Of a stretch of 64,000 nucleotides of DNA, positions 1 to 9,543 are shown piece by piece. A model generated the notes under the pieces. That model did not search any database and was not told the DNA's origin. It was given only the letters and a program-made list of their open reading frames with translations. Position 1 is the stretch's first letter; each line of letters opens with the position of its first letter. The stretch is from an uncultured Prevotellaceae bacterium (GTDB lineage: Bacteria > Bacteroidota > Bacteroidia > Bacteroidales > Bacteroidaceae): the NCBI GenBank assembly GCA_946403615.1, contig CAMJAO010000001.1:2307-66306 (forward strand), in the 5' to 3' direction. The position numbers and the translations under genes were made by a program.

Positions 1-274
1 CATTGAGGGTATCAAGCGCAATTTGCCTGTGGACAGATGGCCGGAGCAGATAAAGGGTGATTATGAGTTGGAATGGAAATTCGACGTGCCGAGTTTCCTG
101 GAGTATTACTCGGGCTTTATGTCGCTGGCCGGCATGGAGAAGATGACGGGAATCAACCAGAAGCAGCTGTCAAACTATCTGAACCACCGTTCGGTGCCGC
201 GAAAGAAGCAGACGGACCGCATCATCGCTGGCATTCATCAATTCGCGCATGAATTATTGAGTATCACATTCTGA
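1..274 (+). CDS. HicB-like/XRE HTH antitoxin-type DNA-binding protein (5' truncated by window edge)
   Basis: Frame is open from the window start. C-terminal HTH-like segment SLAGMEKMTGINQKQLSNY resembles Bacteroidales HicB-like proteins. Confidence 0.7.
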   Translation, partial: IEGIKRNLPVDRWPEQIKGDYELEWKFDVPSFLEYYSGFMSLAGMEKMTGINQKQLSNYLNHRSVPRKKQTDRIIAGIHQFAHELLSITF

Positions 275-312
275 TTTCAGGTTGGCTCTAAAAAACAACA
301 CTTAGGAAATCT

Positions 313-348
313 GCCCCCTGGCGCTACGATGCGCCGGGGGCTTTTTTT
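313..348 (+). terminator. Rho-independent terminator
   Basis: GCCCCCTGGCGC-tacgat-GCGCCGGGGGC hairpin followed by T7. Confidence 0.85.
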
Positions 349-440
349 ATGGCAACCACCGATAAAGAATCTTTACACCCCCGGTATTTCCCCCGGCCAC
401 GGCGGCGTCTTTCCCCCTCCACCCCCTAATTATTTAGAAA

Positions 441-780
441 TTTTTTGTGATTTTGTGATAAGCAAATAGTCAAGCCCAAAAACTCATTGAAAAAGAGAGG
501 GTTAGGCCGCTCACAAAATTCTCACAAAATCATCACAAAATCCTCACAAAAAATTCAGTTTGTGAGATTGTGAGGCCTCGCGCCGCCCTGCGCCGCCACC
601 CATGTAGCCAATGGATGGCTCAAAAGCCCTCCTCACAAATCTGTGATGAGCCCGAAGCGGTTTTGTGAGCGGTTTTGTGATAACACAAAATCACTGAATC
701 ACAGACGGTTAAGGGCTCTCACACACTTTCTCACAAAATCACAGCCGTTTTCTCACTTCATTTATTTCTTTCTCGCAAAA
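441..780. repeat. TCACAAAA/TTTTGTGA iteron-like cluster (candidate phage replication origin)
   Basis: About 15-20 copies in both orientations; four direct copies at 511, 522, 533 and 544 (11-bp period); no credible ORF. Confidence 0.7.
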
Positions 781-826
781 TATCGCGCCATCTGGCGGTG
801 ACGGTTTTTGAAAAAGTTTGACATAA

Positions 827-882
827 TAAGAGGTGAGAGGTAAGAGGTAAGAGGTGAGAAGTAAGAGGTGAGAGGTAAGAGA
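827..882 (+). repeat. Heptamer tandem array (TRAGAGG) x8
   Basis: taagagg tgagagg taagagg taagagg tgagaag taagagg tgagagg taagaga. Confidence 0.9.
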
Positions 883-964
883 TATGTCACGGACACTAAG
901 CCCAACTGTTAATATTTGGCGGTGGTGGGCAGCGGTGGGCTGTGAAAGTTGTAACTTTGTAGTC

Positions 965-1438
965 ATGGTGACAACAAGAGTGCAACTGACGGCCTATGTG
1001 GCGGAATGGGTGAACAGAAGATACGGCGACGCATGGGGACTGGTACGTTTCCCACGCTCCAGCGACCTCTACCTGCTGCTCTACGAACTCATGAGCAAAC
1101 GCCCCTACAACAGCCCCGTTGACAGGGGCAATGTCAAAATAGCACTGCCAGACCGCAGAGAGGCGAACCGGAGCGGGGGGAAGTCGCCCGAACAGTTCAA
1201 CTATATCACCCAAGAAGCCACCAAGACGCTCGACCGGCGGCTCACGATGATGTTCTGGGCAGAAGTGCATGACAATCTCGCCGAAGCCCGTCACCGCCAC
1301 GGACTGCAATACAAAGAGGCGGCGCGTCTCTTCATCCGTCGTTACCGCATCACCGGGATCAGCGAGGAGGGCATCTTAAAGAATTACCAGCGATGGCGCA
1401 AAAAAGTGCGCCAACACCGCCATACGAGCGTCATTTAG
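965..1438 (+). CDS. Phage DNA-binding protein, possible late-gene transcriptional regulator
   Basis: Probable start is ATG 965, after a TAACTTTG box at 952-959. Basic helical C-terminus (ISEEGILKNYQRWRKK). Sits directly before the morphogenesis operon. Confidence 0.55.
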   Translation: MVTTRVQLTAYVAEWVNRRYGDAWGLVRFPRSSDLYLLLYELMSKRPYNSPVDRGNVKIALPDRREANRSGGKSPEQFNYITQEATKTLDRRLTMMFWAEVHDNLAEARHRHGLQYKEAARLFIRRYRITGISEEGILKNYQRWRKKVRQHRHTSVI

Positions 1439-1516
1439 TTAAATTATCAAAAATTCCTATATAGAAAATAACCTACCAGACGGGCGTTTTTGTCCGTCAC
1501 ATTTTAACAAACGCAC

Positions 1517-1921
1517 ATGATACAGCCAATATGTCATCTCTGCATCTGGGATGTCAACCAAGTGAAAGGGTATATCGAACATGAGGGGCATGCCCGCATC
1601 GCCACCATCGGCACCCCACTCATCGATGCGATGGAGGTGGTGCCAGGCACGGTGAGCGTCATCGACCAACCGGGCGAGGAGGTAGCCTATACCAAGCAGA
1701 TAGACGCCTTCCTTCGCCAGAGTGCCGACGACATGGATGCCCGTGTCGAGATACTCCGTCATCAGTGGGTCGTGGCCACCTATACAGACGAGCGCGGACA
1801 GCGGCGCGTGTGTGGGAGCATCTCCATGCCCCTCAGCGTCAGTGCCGCCTTTCGTTCCGGATCATGGCAGCTCACCCTGCAAGGTGCAGCCGAGGGGCCG
1901 AACGCTTGCTTGGACGTGTAG
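1517..1921 (+). CDS. Phage hypothetical (possible structural) protein
   Basis: 134-aa ORF co-oriented with the head genes; beta-rich pattern weakly like the tail-tube ORF. Confidence 0.6.
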   Translation: MIQPICHLCIWDVNQVKGYIEHEGHARIATIGTPLIDAMEVVPGTVSVIDQPGEEVAYTKQIDAFLRQSADDMDARVEILRHQWVVATYTDERGQRRVCGSISMPLSVSAAFRSGSWQLTLQGAAEGPNACLDV

Positions 1922-1978
1922 GCGTTTGGACGCGTATTTTTGACAATGCCTCTATTTTATTTACTTTGCAGATAAAAA

Positions 1979-2848
1979 TTGAGCAAAGTGAATAAGATAT
2001 ACCAATTTTTCAATGAGAGATGGGCCATCGGCACCGACGAATACCGTCGGATGGCCGTCGTGCTGCTGCAAGCCATCAAGAGCGGGCAGATAGAGGCGGC
2101 ATCCCGGCTGCTCAGCTCCAATCCCGTGAGAGCATACGCAGCCGACCCCTATCTGGCAGCCAGGTATGAGCTCTCAGACACCGATATCCCCTCCGGCAGC
2201 GTCGGAGTGATTACTCTTGATGGACCTCTCTACAGCTGGGAGACACTCCGGCTGGAGCAATACATCGATGCAGCCATGCGCAACGACCGCATCGCGGGCG
2301 TCGTCTTATGGATCAACGGCCCCGGCGGCATGATCAGCCGCGTAGATATCGTGGCAGAGAAAATAGCCAATGCCCCCAAACCCGTGGCTGCATACGTGGC
2401 AGGGGTCATGGCCTCCGCTCATTTCTGGATCGGCAGCGCTGCCGGGCGCACCTTCGTCGCATCGCCCATGGGCGAGGTCGGAAGCGTCGGTGTCATGGTC
2501 ACATACCAGAGTCTCAAAGGCTTTTACCAGCAAAACGGCATCGACTACCGTGAGATATACCCCGACGCCGCCGACCTGAAAAACAAATGGTTTCGCGACA
2601 TCGAGGAGCAGGGCGACGAGACGATCATCAAACAGCGTCTCGCCGACGACCATCTGTTTATGAGTCAGGCGGTGGCACGATACCTGAATGTCAAATACGA
2701 CCCGCAACAGCCGCTCTTCCGTGGAGCCACCTTCACCGGCGAAGAAGCCGTGGCCGCCGGCTACATCGACCAGATAGGGACGCTCGAAGATGCCGCACGG
2801 TGGGTGCTGGCCCAAGACACCGTGAAAAAAATTAGCACGCAACACTAA
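1979..2848 (+). CDS. Prohead protease, S49 (SppA/ClpP-like) peptidase
   Basis: INGPGG, MASAHFW and EVGSVGV S49 motifs; precedes the capsid gene. Confidence 0.88.
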   Translation: MSKVNKIYQFFNERWAIGTDEYRRMAVVLLQAIKSGQIEAASRLLSSNPVRAYAADPYLAARYELSDTDIPSGSVGVITLDGPLYSWETLRLEQYIDAAMRNDRIAGVVLWINGPGGMISRVDIVAEKIANAPKPVAAYVAGVMASAHFWIGSAAGRTFVASPMGEVGSVGVMVTYQSLKGFYQQNGIDYREIYPDAADLKNKWFRDIEEQGDETIIKQRLADDHLFMSQAVARYLNVKYDPQQPLFRGATFTGEEAVAAGYIDQIGTLEDAARWVLAQDTVKKISTQH

Positions 2849-2874
2849 AAAATAAACACCAACTTTGTTTTTAT

Positions 2875-5040
2875 ATGAAATTCAAGACATTCGCAGCAAG
2901 CATCCTTGCCATCCTCGGACTGAAGGAATGGCAGAAGGAAGACGGTAAGGACACCCTTACCGATGAGCAGACCGCCGCACTGAAGAACTACGGGTTCTCG
3001 GACTCGTTCCTCGGTGCCTTCAAGGAATCACTGGCCAACGGATTCGCCGGAGAGGAGGAACCCGCCGACGCTCAGGGCAACACCCGTCAGGCCGTCTTAC
3101 AAGGACTTCTCAGCGACACCACCGCCCGCCTCAGTGCAGCGCAAGAGTTGATCGGTCAGCTCAACCAGACGCATGAGGCCGACACCGCCGCGATAGAGAA
3201 GAAGAACCAGGAGATAGCCAGTCTGAAGCAGCGTGTGCAGATCCTCACCGCCGCCGCTGAGGAAGATCCCGGACGGGGGGCGCAGCACCAGGCTGGCGGC
3301 GTGGGCTTCAATCTGAGCGACGAGCAGCAGCTGGGCGGTCTCGCCGGCGACATGTTCGCACTCGACCGTGCATACAACCAGCGCGCCAAGGCTGCGCTGC
3401 TCGCACGCCAGGGCATCATGGTGGCGCAGCCGGTGGCCAGCAGCATCGACTACACGCGCCTGAAGGACGACCTCGGCGCTTTCTACCGCGTGCCTTGGCA
3501 AGACCGCCTGCAGTCGTTCCTGCGTGAACTGCCCTCTCTGGAGAGCGTGTTCCCGCTGGAGAGCGGATACCAGGACCTCGCCACGCTGGCCAACATCTGG
3601 CTGGGTGAGTTCTCGCAGGCTGATAACACATCGAGCGACTTCGACGATGTGGTCAAGGGCGGATACACCTTCGACGATGAGACGCTCCGTATGTTTGACG
3701 TGATGTTCGCCCACAAGTTCAAGAATCTGAAAGAACTGGAGAAGACCTGGATTGGCTCGCTCAACCGTGAAGGCTCGCAGGTCATCAAGTGGTCGTTCAT
3801 CGAGTTCATCCTGGCCGAGACCGCCAAGAAACTGCACAACGAACGTGAGCTGCGCCGTATCAACGGTGTGCGCAAGAACCCCGTCGTTGGCGAGCCGGGC
3901 AGTGCCATGGGAGCCGCCGACGGACTCTATGAGTTCATCCGCAAAAAGGTGGATGGCCACACCGACATCAACAGTGCGCAGACGGTGTATCAAATCAAGC
4001 CCTTCGTGCTGGGCGATATCACCCCCGCCAACATTGGCGAGAAGATTTACCAGGGCACGGGCATGATTCCCGCCGTGCTGCGCGACAGCGGTCAACTGGT
4101 GCTCTACATGCCGTCGAAGATGGTGGTGTGGTACCATAAGTACAACGAGACGGTCTATGGCCAGAACATGGACTACAAGGCCGATATCATGTACGTGAAG
4201 GAGTACCCGTCGGTGCGTATCGTCAGCATCCCCAATGCCGATGAGCATGAGCGGCTCATCTGGACGCTCGACGGCAACATCCGTCTCTATGAGCATGTGC
4301 CTGGCGAGATGGTGCGATTCAATATCGAGCAGCAAGACTGGACGCTCAAGGTGTGGGCCAACTGGAAAGAGTCGGTGTGGGCTGTGGCCGTGGGCTACAA
4401 ATACACCGACCGCGCCGAGATGGGCTACGACCGCCAGCTCATCTTCTGCAACGAGAACGACCGTCCGGCCACCCTCTTCATCGAGGGCGAGAAGGACAAG
4501 AACCCCGATGTGAGCACCCACCAGTCGGTGAAGACCGTGGCCAACACATCGCTGCTGACCATCACCGATGTCACAGGCGCAATCGTTGGCGTGCCCTTCA
4601 CCATCCAGTGCGGCAGCACCGCCTATGGCGTGCAGATCGTGAAAGAGGAGAAGTTCAGTCTGATCAGTGCCGACTGGGAGCCGTCAGTGGGCGACACCAT
4701 CACCATGATGAAACGCGCCGACGGCAAGTTCATCGAACTGGAGCGCTCCACCGCAGCTGCCAATGTCATCGCCTTCGCAGCCGACGACACCACGCCCAGC
4801 GTGCAGGGCGGCACCGAGTTCGTCACCGGTACCAACACCAAGGCTACCGCCATCACCAGTCTGGATGACGCAGAAGCCGGTGTGGTCTATACCATCTACG
4901 GCAGCGGCAGTACCTATGCCAGCACCATCGCCAACAGCGGCAACTTCGTGCTCACCGCAGCCATGACACTCAGCGAGGGACACTCCATCCAACTGGTGAA
5001 AGGCGCCGGCAACAAGTTCTTCGAGGTAAGCCGTGCATAA
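2875..5040 (+). CDS. Major capsid protein with N-terminal scaffold-like coiled coil and two C-terminal decoration domains
   Basis: Follows the protease; strongly biased codons; coiled-coil N-terminus; duplicated ~90-aa beta-rich C-terminal domains. Confidence 0.75.
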   Translation: MKFKTFAASILAILGLKEWQKEDGKDTLTDEQTAALKNYGFSDSFLGAFKESLANGFAGEEEPADAQGNTRQAVLQGLLSDTTARLSAAQELIGQLNQTHEADTAAIEKKNQEIASLKQRVQILTAAAEEDPGRGAQHQAGGVGFNLSDEQQLGGLAGDMFALDRAYNQRAKAALLARQGIMVAQPVASSIDYTRLKDDLGAFYRVPWQDRLQSFLRELPSLESVFPLESGYQDLATLANIWLGEFSQADNTSSDFDDVVKGGYTFDDETLRMFDVMFAHKFKNLKELEKTWIGSLNREGSQVIKWSFIEFILAETAKKLHNERELRRINGVRKNPVVGEPGSAMGAADGLYEFIRKKVDGHTDINSAQTVYQIKPFVLGDITPANIGEKIYQGTGMIPAVLRDSGQLVLYMPSKMVVWYHKYNETVYGQNMDYKADIMYVKEYPSVRIVSIPNADEHERLIWTLDGNIRLYEHVPGEMVRFNIEQQDWTLKVWANWKESVWAVAVGYKYTDRAEMGYDRQLIFCNENDRPATLFIEGEKDKNPDVSTHQSVKTVANTSLLTITDVTGAIVGVPFTIQCGSTAYGVQIVKEEKFSLISADWEPSVGDTITMMKRADGKFIELERSTAAANVIAFAADDTTPSVQGGTEFVTGTNTKATAITSLDDAEAGVVYTIYGSGSTYASTIANSGNFVLTAAMTLSEGHSIQLVKGAGNKFFEVSRA

Positions 5041-5074
5041 CACCTAAGTTATTATACTCTAAAACCATAAAGCC

Positions 5075-5890
5075 ATGACTTATGTTAAAGCGAACATCAG
5101 AAAACCGTCCGGCATGCCCGGCAAGGGAATCAATCCTAAAGACGCCATCGTCATCTACGATGTCGATGACATCGCTTCGTTCCCTCAGCGCAACGCCGCG
5201 GGTGTCGTCATAGAAGATGACATTGTGATGAAAGCCGGCAAGTATGCCGTGCAAGTGTATCTGACACCGGGTACGGCGCAGATACAGTCTAACAGCGAGG
5301 GCGACGCCGACGCACAAGGCTACCGCCCGCAGGTGCTCTTCTCTCACCCAGGCAACAGCCAGGAGATACGCGAGTTCAAGCAGAACTGGCTCGGCAAGAA
5401 TGTCATCGTCGTGGTGCGCTACTGCAACGGCGAACCAGCCGACCTCATCGGCAGCCCCTGCAACCCCTGCCAGTTGGCAGTGGAATACACCGGCAGCAAC
5501 GAGGCCAACGCATCGCAGATGACTTTCGCACAGGTGTCTAAGGGCGACGATATCGCCATCTACCGTGGTACCGACACGCTGGAGGTGCCTGTGTCGGTGG
5601 TAGCAGCTGCATCCACCTCGGTCACCTTTGCCGGCGAAGGCCAGTACCAGCTGACCGGCGGCGACGCGGCGGCAGCCGTCAACGCCATCGAGGGCGGCAG
5701 CCACGGCAAGGTCATCACCCTGATGGGTGTGACATCGGGCACCGCGCCCACTGTGGCCTCCGGCTCTCAGATCCTGCTGAAGGGCGGTGTGGCATGGAGC
5801 GCGCAACCCGGAGCGCAGCTCACCCTCCGCGCATACGACGCCGGCGGCGACGCGCTCAAATGGATCGAGCAGAGCCGATGGCCCGCATAA
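5075..5890 (+). CDS. Probable major tail (tube) protein with C-terminal decoration domain
   Basis: Directly after the capsid gene and before a terminator; beta-rich; C-terminal domain resembles the capsid C-terminal repeats. Confidence 0.6.
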   Translation: MTYVKANIRKPSGMPGKGINPKDAIVIYDVDDIASFPQRNAAGVVIEDDIVMKAGKYAVQVYLTPGTAQIQSNSEGDADAQGYRPQVLFSHPGNSQEIREFKQNWLGKNVIVVVRYCNGEPADLIGSPCNPCQLAVEYTGSNEANASQMTFAQVSKGDDIAIYRGTDTLEVPVSVVAAASTSVTFAGEGQYQLTGGDAAAAVNAIEGGSHGKVITLMGVTSGTAPTVASGSQILLKGGVAWSAQPGAQLTLRAYDAGGDALKWIEQSRWPA

Positions 5891-5913
5891 ACGAACAACC
5901 TCCTCCGACCCGC

Positions 5914-5955
5914 GAACCCCCGCACCGACCCTGACAGACGTGACGGGGGTTCTTT
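5914..5955 (+). terminator. Hairpin terminator after capsid/tail-tube genes
   Basis: GAACCCCCG(5914-5922)...CGGGGGTTC(5944-5952) followed by a short T run. Confidence 0.6.
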
Positions 5956-5988
5956 AGAAGTAAGAGGTAAGGGGTAAGAGGTAAGAGA
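5954..5988 (+). repeat. Heptamer array (TAAGAGG-like) x5
   Basis: ttagaag taagagg taagggg taagagg taagaga. Confidence 0.85.
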
Positions 5989-6054
5989 ATAGTTTTCCAG
6001 TGACAACTATTGTCTAAACTCCCAAACTCCCCAAAACTTTGAACATTGAACTTT

Positions 6055-6846
6055 ATGATTACTCATCAAGAAATAGTAACCTGGCTCAAAGGGCTGCGCC
6101 CATGGGCAGAGGGCGTGGCACTTTATGACCGCTATGGGGTCAACAGAATGTACAAAGAGATGTTCCGCCTGAGAGGCGAAAGTGTACAGACACGTGGCAT
6201 ACTCGTAGAGGAACTGCGCAAAATAGCCGGACTGACCGATGATGAGATGCGCCGCCTGAAACGTACAGGCAAACCATCCTCGGACACCAACCCCCAAACG
6301 GCCCCTCCAGAAAACGACCAAACGGTCAACCCCCAAAACGACCAAACGGCCACCAAGGTGATCCGCTTTCGTGAGCGGTTCCCGTTCCTCAACGAAGAGA
6401 GCTGCCCCGATGTGCTGAAGGTGCTGGTGGCCGACCTCTTCACCGCCTATGGGCGTTACAAAGAGGCCCACGCCCGTCTGGTCGTGATGCCAGACAGCCA
6501 AGCGGATGCAGCGGCCGAGAAAGAGGCGGCGGACATCGTAGAGAACTACATCGAGAACCATGCCATCTGGGATGAGCTGGAGCATTACCGCGACCATGGC
6601 ACACTGCTCGGACGGCATCCCAAGGTGAAGGTCTTCATGGCCGCTGGCAGCTTCGAGAACATGAGCGACATAGATGTGCAGCGCGCATTGGCCAACGCAC
6701 GGTCCAACCTGTCGAAAGCCAAAAAGAAATACACTGCGGCGGGTGACGACGAGTCTCGCCAGGCCGATGCGCAAACCCTCATCGATAAATGGGAGGCAGA
6801 GAAGACCGCCCTGGAAGCAGAGGTGGAAAGAAGAAAAAAAAACTGA
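6055..6846 (+). CDS. Helical phage protein ending at an A9 slippery tract
   Basis: Probable start ATG 6055; ends ...GAA AGA AGA AAA AAA AAC TGA. Confidence 0.8.
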   Translation: MITHQEIVTWLKGLRPWAEGVALYDRYGVNRMYKEMFRLRGESVQTRGILVEELRKIAGLTDDEMRRLKRTGKPSSDTNPQTAPPENDQTVNPQNDQTATKVIRFRERFPFLNEESCPDVLKVLVADLFTAYGRYKEAHARLVVMPDSQADAAAEKEAADIVENYIENHAIWDELEHYRDHGTLLGRHPKVKVFMAAGSFENMSDIDVQRALANARSNLSKAKKKYTAAGDDESRQADAQTLIDKWEAEKTALEAEVERRKKN

Positions 6847-7013
6847 CCGCCACAATACACACTGCGAGGGCGGCCCTCGCCCGGTTGATATCGCTTTTGG
6901 GAGCTGACGCACACCCCTGCGACCGGAGCGAGGCCGCCCATCAGAGAGCTGCCCTGCAGCGCACCATCGCCAGCGCGGAGAAACGACTGTCACACTTCAA
7001 TACCCCAGTATGA
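6843..7013 (+). CDS. -1 frame extension (56 codons) of the preceding gene
   Basis: The -1 frame stays open after A_AAA_AAC; its TGA overlaps the next ATG (ATGA 7010-7013). Confidence 0.55.
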   Translation: MTATIHTARAALARLISLLGADAHPCDRSEAAHQRAALQRTIASAEKRLSHFNTPV

Positions 7014-7201
7014 CCGAACCCAACAAAGACACCATGCCGGCAGCACCATCGCAGGACGCCACCGGCTACATCGACAAAATAAAAAAGGTGTCTGCCAAGC
7101 TCTGCGGCGAGCACGACAAAATCACCGATATCATGGAAGCGACGGCAGGCATCGAATACCAACGAATCATTGCAGAAATGGATGACGACGAAAATAGTTA
7201 A
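7010..7201 (+). CDS. Small phage protein upstream of terminase
   Basis: 63-aa ORF overlapping both neighbours. Confidence 0.55.
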   Translation: MTEPNKDTMPAAPSQDATGYIDKIKKVSAKLCGEHDKITDIMEATAGIEYQRIIAEMDDDENS

Positions 7202-7877
7202 AGCCAAACCGTCGAGGGTGGACTTCGACCGGATGGACATCAACCAGATACAGCGCATACTGAGCACAGGGTCGCTCGACAACCTGACACCGCAAGAGCG
7301 TGAATACTTCTCGCTCATGGAGATGGTGCGCGGACTGAGGGCGCGGATGAAAGCCAACGGACGAGTCGTGACCAAGGCCGGCATCATACGTCTGCTCAAG
7401 AGCGAGGCCTACGGACTGAGCGACTGGCAGGCCCGACAAGTATATGCCGATGCCGTCAATTTCTTCTATGACACCGACGACATACGCCCACGGGCTTTCG
7501 CCAACCTCTATGCCGAGAAGGCCGAGAACCTGTCGATGGCATGCGCTGCCGTAGGCAAGATGGCCGATGCGAGAGCCTACCTCAAGTTGGCCGCCGACCT
7601 GCGTGGCTGTTTCAAGGAACAGGAACAAGCCATCCCCGAAGAACTGCTGGCACAACGGCCCGTGGTCATCTATACCACCGAGGCCGAAGACATGGGTGTG
7701 CCGGCCACCGACCGCAAGCGGCTGGAGGAATTCATCGACGCCATACCCGATGTGCCTATGGCCGTGCGTGAAAACGTGAAAGAAGATGCCCGCATCAAGA
7801 AATTCGACCTTAAACGACGTATGCTCTATGACATCAAAGAATTCAGTGAGCCTGAAGACCAAGGGAGCGGCGAATGA
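7170..7877 (+). CDS. Probable terminase small subunit
   Basis: Helical protein directly upstream of and overlapping TerL; start may be 7170 or 7182. Confidence 0.6.
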   Translation: MQKWMTTKIVKAKPSRVDFDRMDINQIQRILSTGSLDNLTPQEREYFSLMEMVRGLRARMKANGRVVTKAGIIRLLKSEAYGLSDWQARQVYADAVNFFYDTDDIRPRAFANLYAEKAENLSMACAAVGKMADARAYLKLAADLRGCFKEQEQAIPEELLAQRPVVIYTTEAEDMGVPATDRKRLEEFIDAIPDVPMAVRENVKEDARIKKFDLKRRMLYDIKEFSEPEDQGSGE

Positions 7878-9543
7878 CGCAGATGTGCGCTACGGACATA
7901 TCCTGCAAGTGCTCACCGACTGGACAGACACCACCGTGCTCGTGGCGGTGTGCGGCCGCGGTACCGCCAAATCGACGGTGATACAGGCACGAAGGATGTA
8001 CCGCTGCGTACATGAAATGCCAGGCGCGCCTCTGGCTGTGGTGGGCAACACCTACGCCAATTTAGAGAACAACATCATGCCAGCCGTGGAGAACGGCTGG
8101 AAGCTGATGGGATGGATAGAGGGCGTGCATTATGTGAAGAACACACGCCCGCCCCAGTCGTGGCGCAACAAGTGCTCCATCATCGTGAACGACTACCACC
8201 GGGTCTATACCTTCTTCAACGGTAGCACCCTGTTTCTCGGATCGCTCGACAATCCCTCGCTACTGGCTGGTAAATCGGTCGTGCATCTGTTCTTCGACGA
8301 GGTGAAATATGCCAGGGAGGTGAAGGCCAACCGGGCACTGCCCATCCTGCGTGGCGATGCCATCAGCTATGGCGCGTCGCATCTGTTTCTCGGTCTGACC
8401 ATCACCACCGACATGCCCGATACCGGCGACGGCGAAGATGATTGGTACTTCCGCTATGTGAGCGAGATGAACCCGATACTGATTGAACATATCATCATGG
8501 CGGCGTCGGAGCGCAACAGGCTGCTCACGGCCCTGGTGCGTGAGGAGCACCGCGACAAGCCCTCGCCACGGCTGTTACGATCTCTGGAAAGGCAGATAGA
8601 ATATTTTGACAGAGGGCTTCTGAAGATGAGGAAGGGTGCCGTCTTTTTCATCAACACCTCATCGCTCATCAACATCGACATACTCACGCCCGAATATGTG
8701 GAGCGGCTCTATAACGGCACTCTGGAGTTGCACGAGTTTCTGAAATCGGTCATCGGCATGAAGCCGGGACTGCGCCGCGACCTCCGTTTCTATGTGCGCT
8801 TCGGCGAAGAGCACAAATACTCCGGCACAGCTTCAGGCGAGGCGGCATACAGCAGCCGCGAATTGAAGCACCTGCGCCCAGACGAACCGCTCGACGGCGG
8901 CATGGACTTCGGCAACATGCTCTCGCTGGTTATTGCCCAGCGCGACGGCCAGCGCTACCGCATTCACAAATCGCTCTACGAGATACCGCCCGGATGGTTC
9001 CGTGAACTGGCCGACCAGTTCCTGAGGTTCTTCGACAGCCAAACGTGTAAAGAACTGCGTTTGTATTACGACCGTGCCGGCAATAACTACCAGGCGCAAA
9101 AGGAGGACTATGCGTCGAAGATCAAGGAGGCTATCGAAAAGGACGGCACCGGCCGGCGCACGGGATGGACGGTGCGCCTGATGAGCCGTAAGCAGGCCGT
9201 CATCCGTCAGGAGGCGGAATATGATTTCATGCAGGTGCTGATGGAGGGCAAGACTCCCGGACTGCCCCAACTGCTGATAGACGCACCCAACTGCCGAGAA
9301 CTGATGTCAAGCATCGAGAAGGCCAAGGCCGAAATCAGATATACGGGAAAGTTGAAAGCCGTGTATAAAGTCAAGAAGAGCGAAAAACTCGCCCCCAAGA
9401 AATTGCCCATGAACTCAACCAACTTCAGCGACGCCTTCAAATACCTGATGATGCGCACCGAGTGGCTGCGACTGGTCAAGGGTAAGCAGACGGGAGGCAA
9501 CATCGGTGCCGTCGATGCCTGGTTTGATGCAAGAAACAGTTGA
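7828..9543 (+). CDS. terL: Terminase large subunit
   Basis: Walker A CGRGTAKST, Walker B HLFFDE, nuclease motifs GMDFGN and NFSDAFKY; start uncertain (7786, 7828 or 7846). Confidence 0.88.
   Translation: MTSKNSVSLKTKGAANDADVRYGHILQVLTDWTDTTVLVAVCGRGTAKSTVIQARRMYRCVHEMPGAPLAVVGNTYANLENNIMPAVENGWKLMGWIEGVHYVKNTRPPQSWRNKCSIIVNDYHRVYTFFNGSTLFLGSLDNPSLLAGKSVVHLFFDEVKYAREVKANRALPILRGDAISYGASHLFLGLTITTDMPDTGDGEDDWYFRYVSEMNPILIEHIIMAASERNRLLTALVREEHRDKPSPRLLRSLERQIEYFDRGLLKMRKGAVFFINTSSLINIDILTPEYVERLYNGTLELHEFLKSVIGMKPGLRRDLRFYVRFGEEHKYSGTASGEAAYSSRELKHLRPDEPLDGGMDFGNMLSLVIAQRDGQRYRIHKSLYEIPPGWFRELADQFLRFFDSQTCKELRLYYDRAGNNYQAQKEDYASKIKEAIEKDGTGRRTGWTVRLMSRKQAVIRQEAEYDFMQVLMEGKTPGLPQLLIDAPNCRELMSSIEKAKAEIRYTGKLKAVYKVKKSEKLAPKKLPMNSTNFSDAFKYLMMRTEWLRLVKGKQTGGNIGAVDAWFDARNS

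Noticed and set aside
739..966. ORF 739-966 on the minus strand (and 5767-6006)
   Set aside because: Their LTSYLLP-type content is just the translation of the heptamer arrays.
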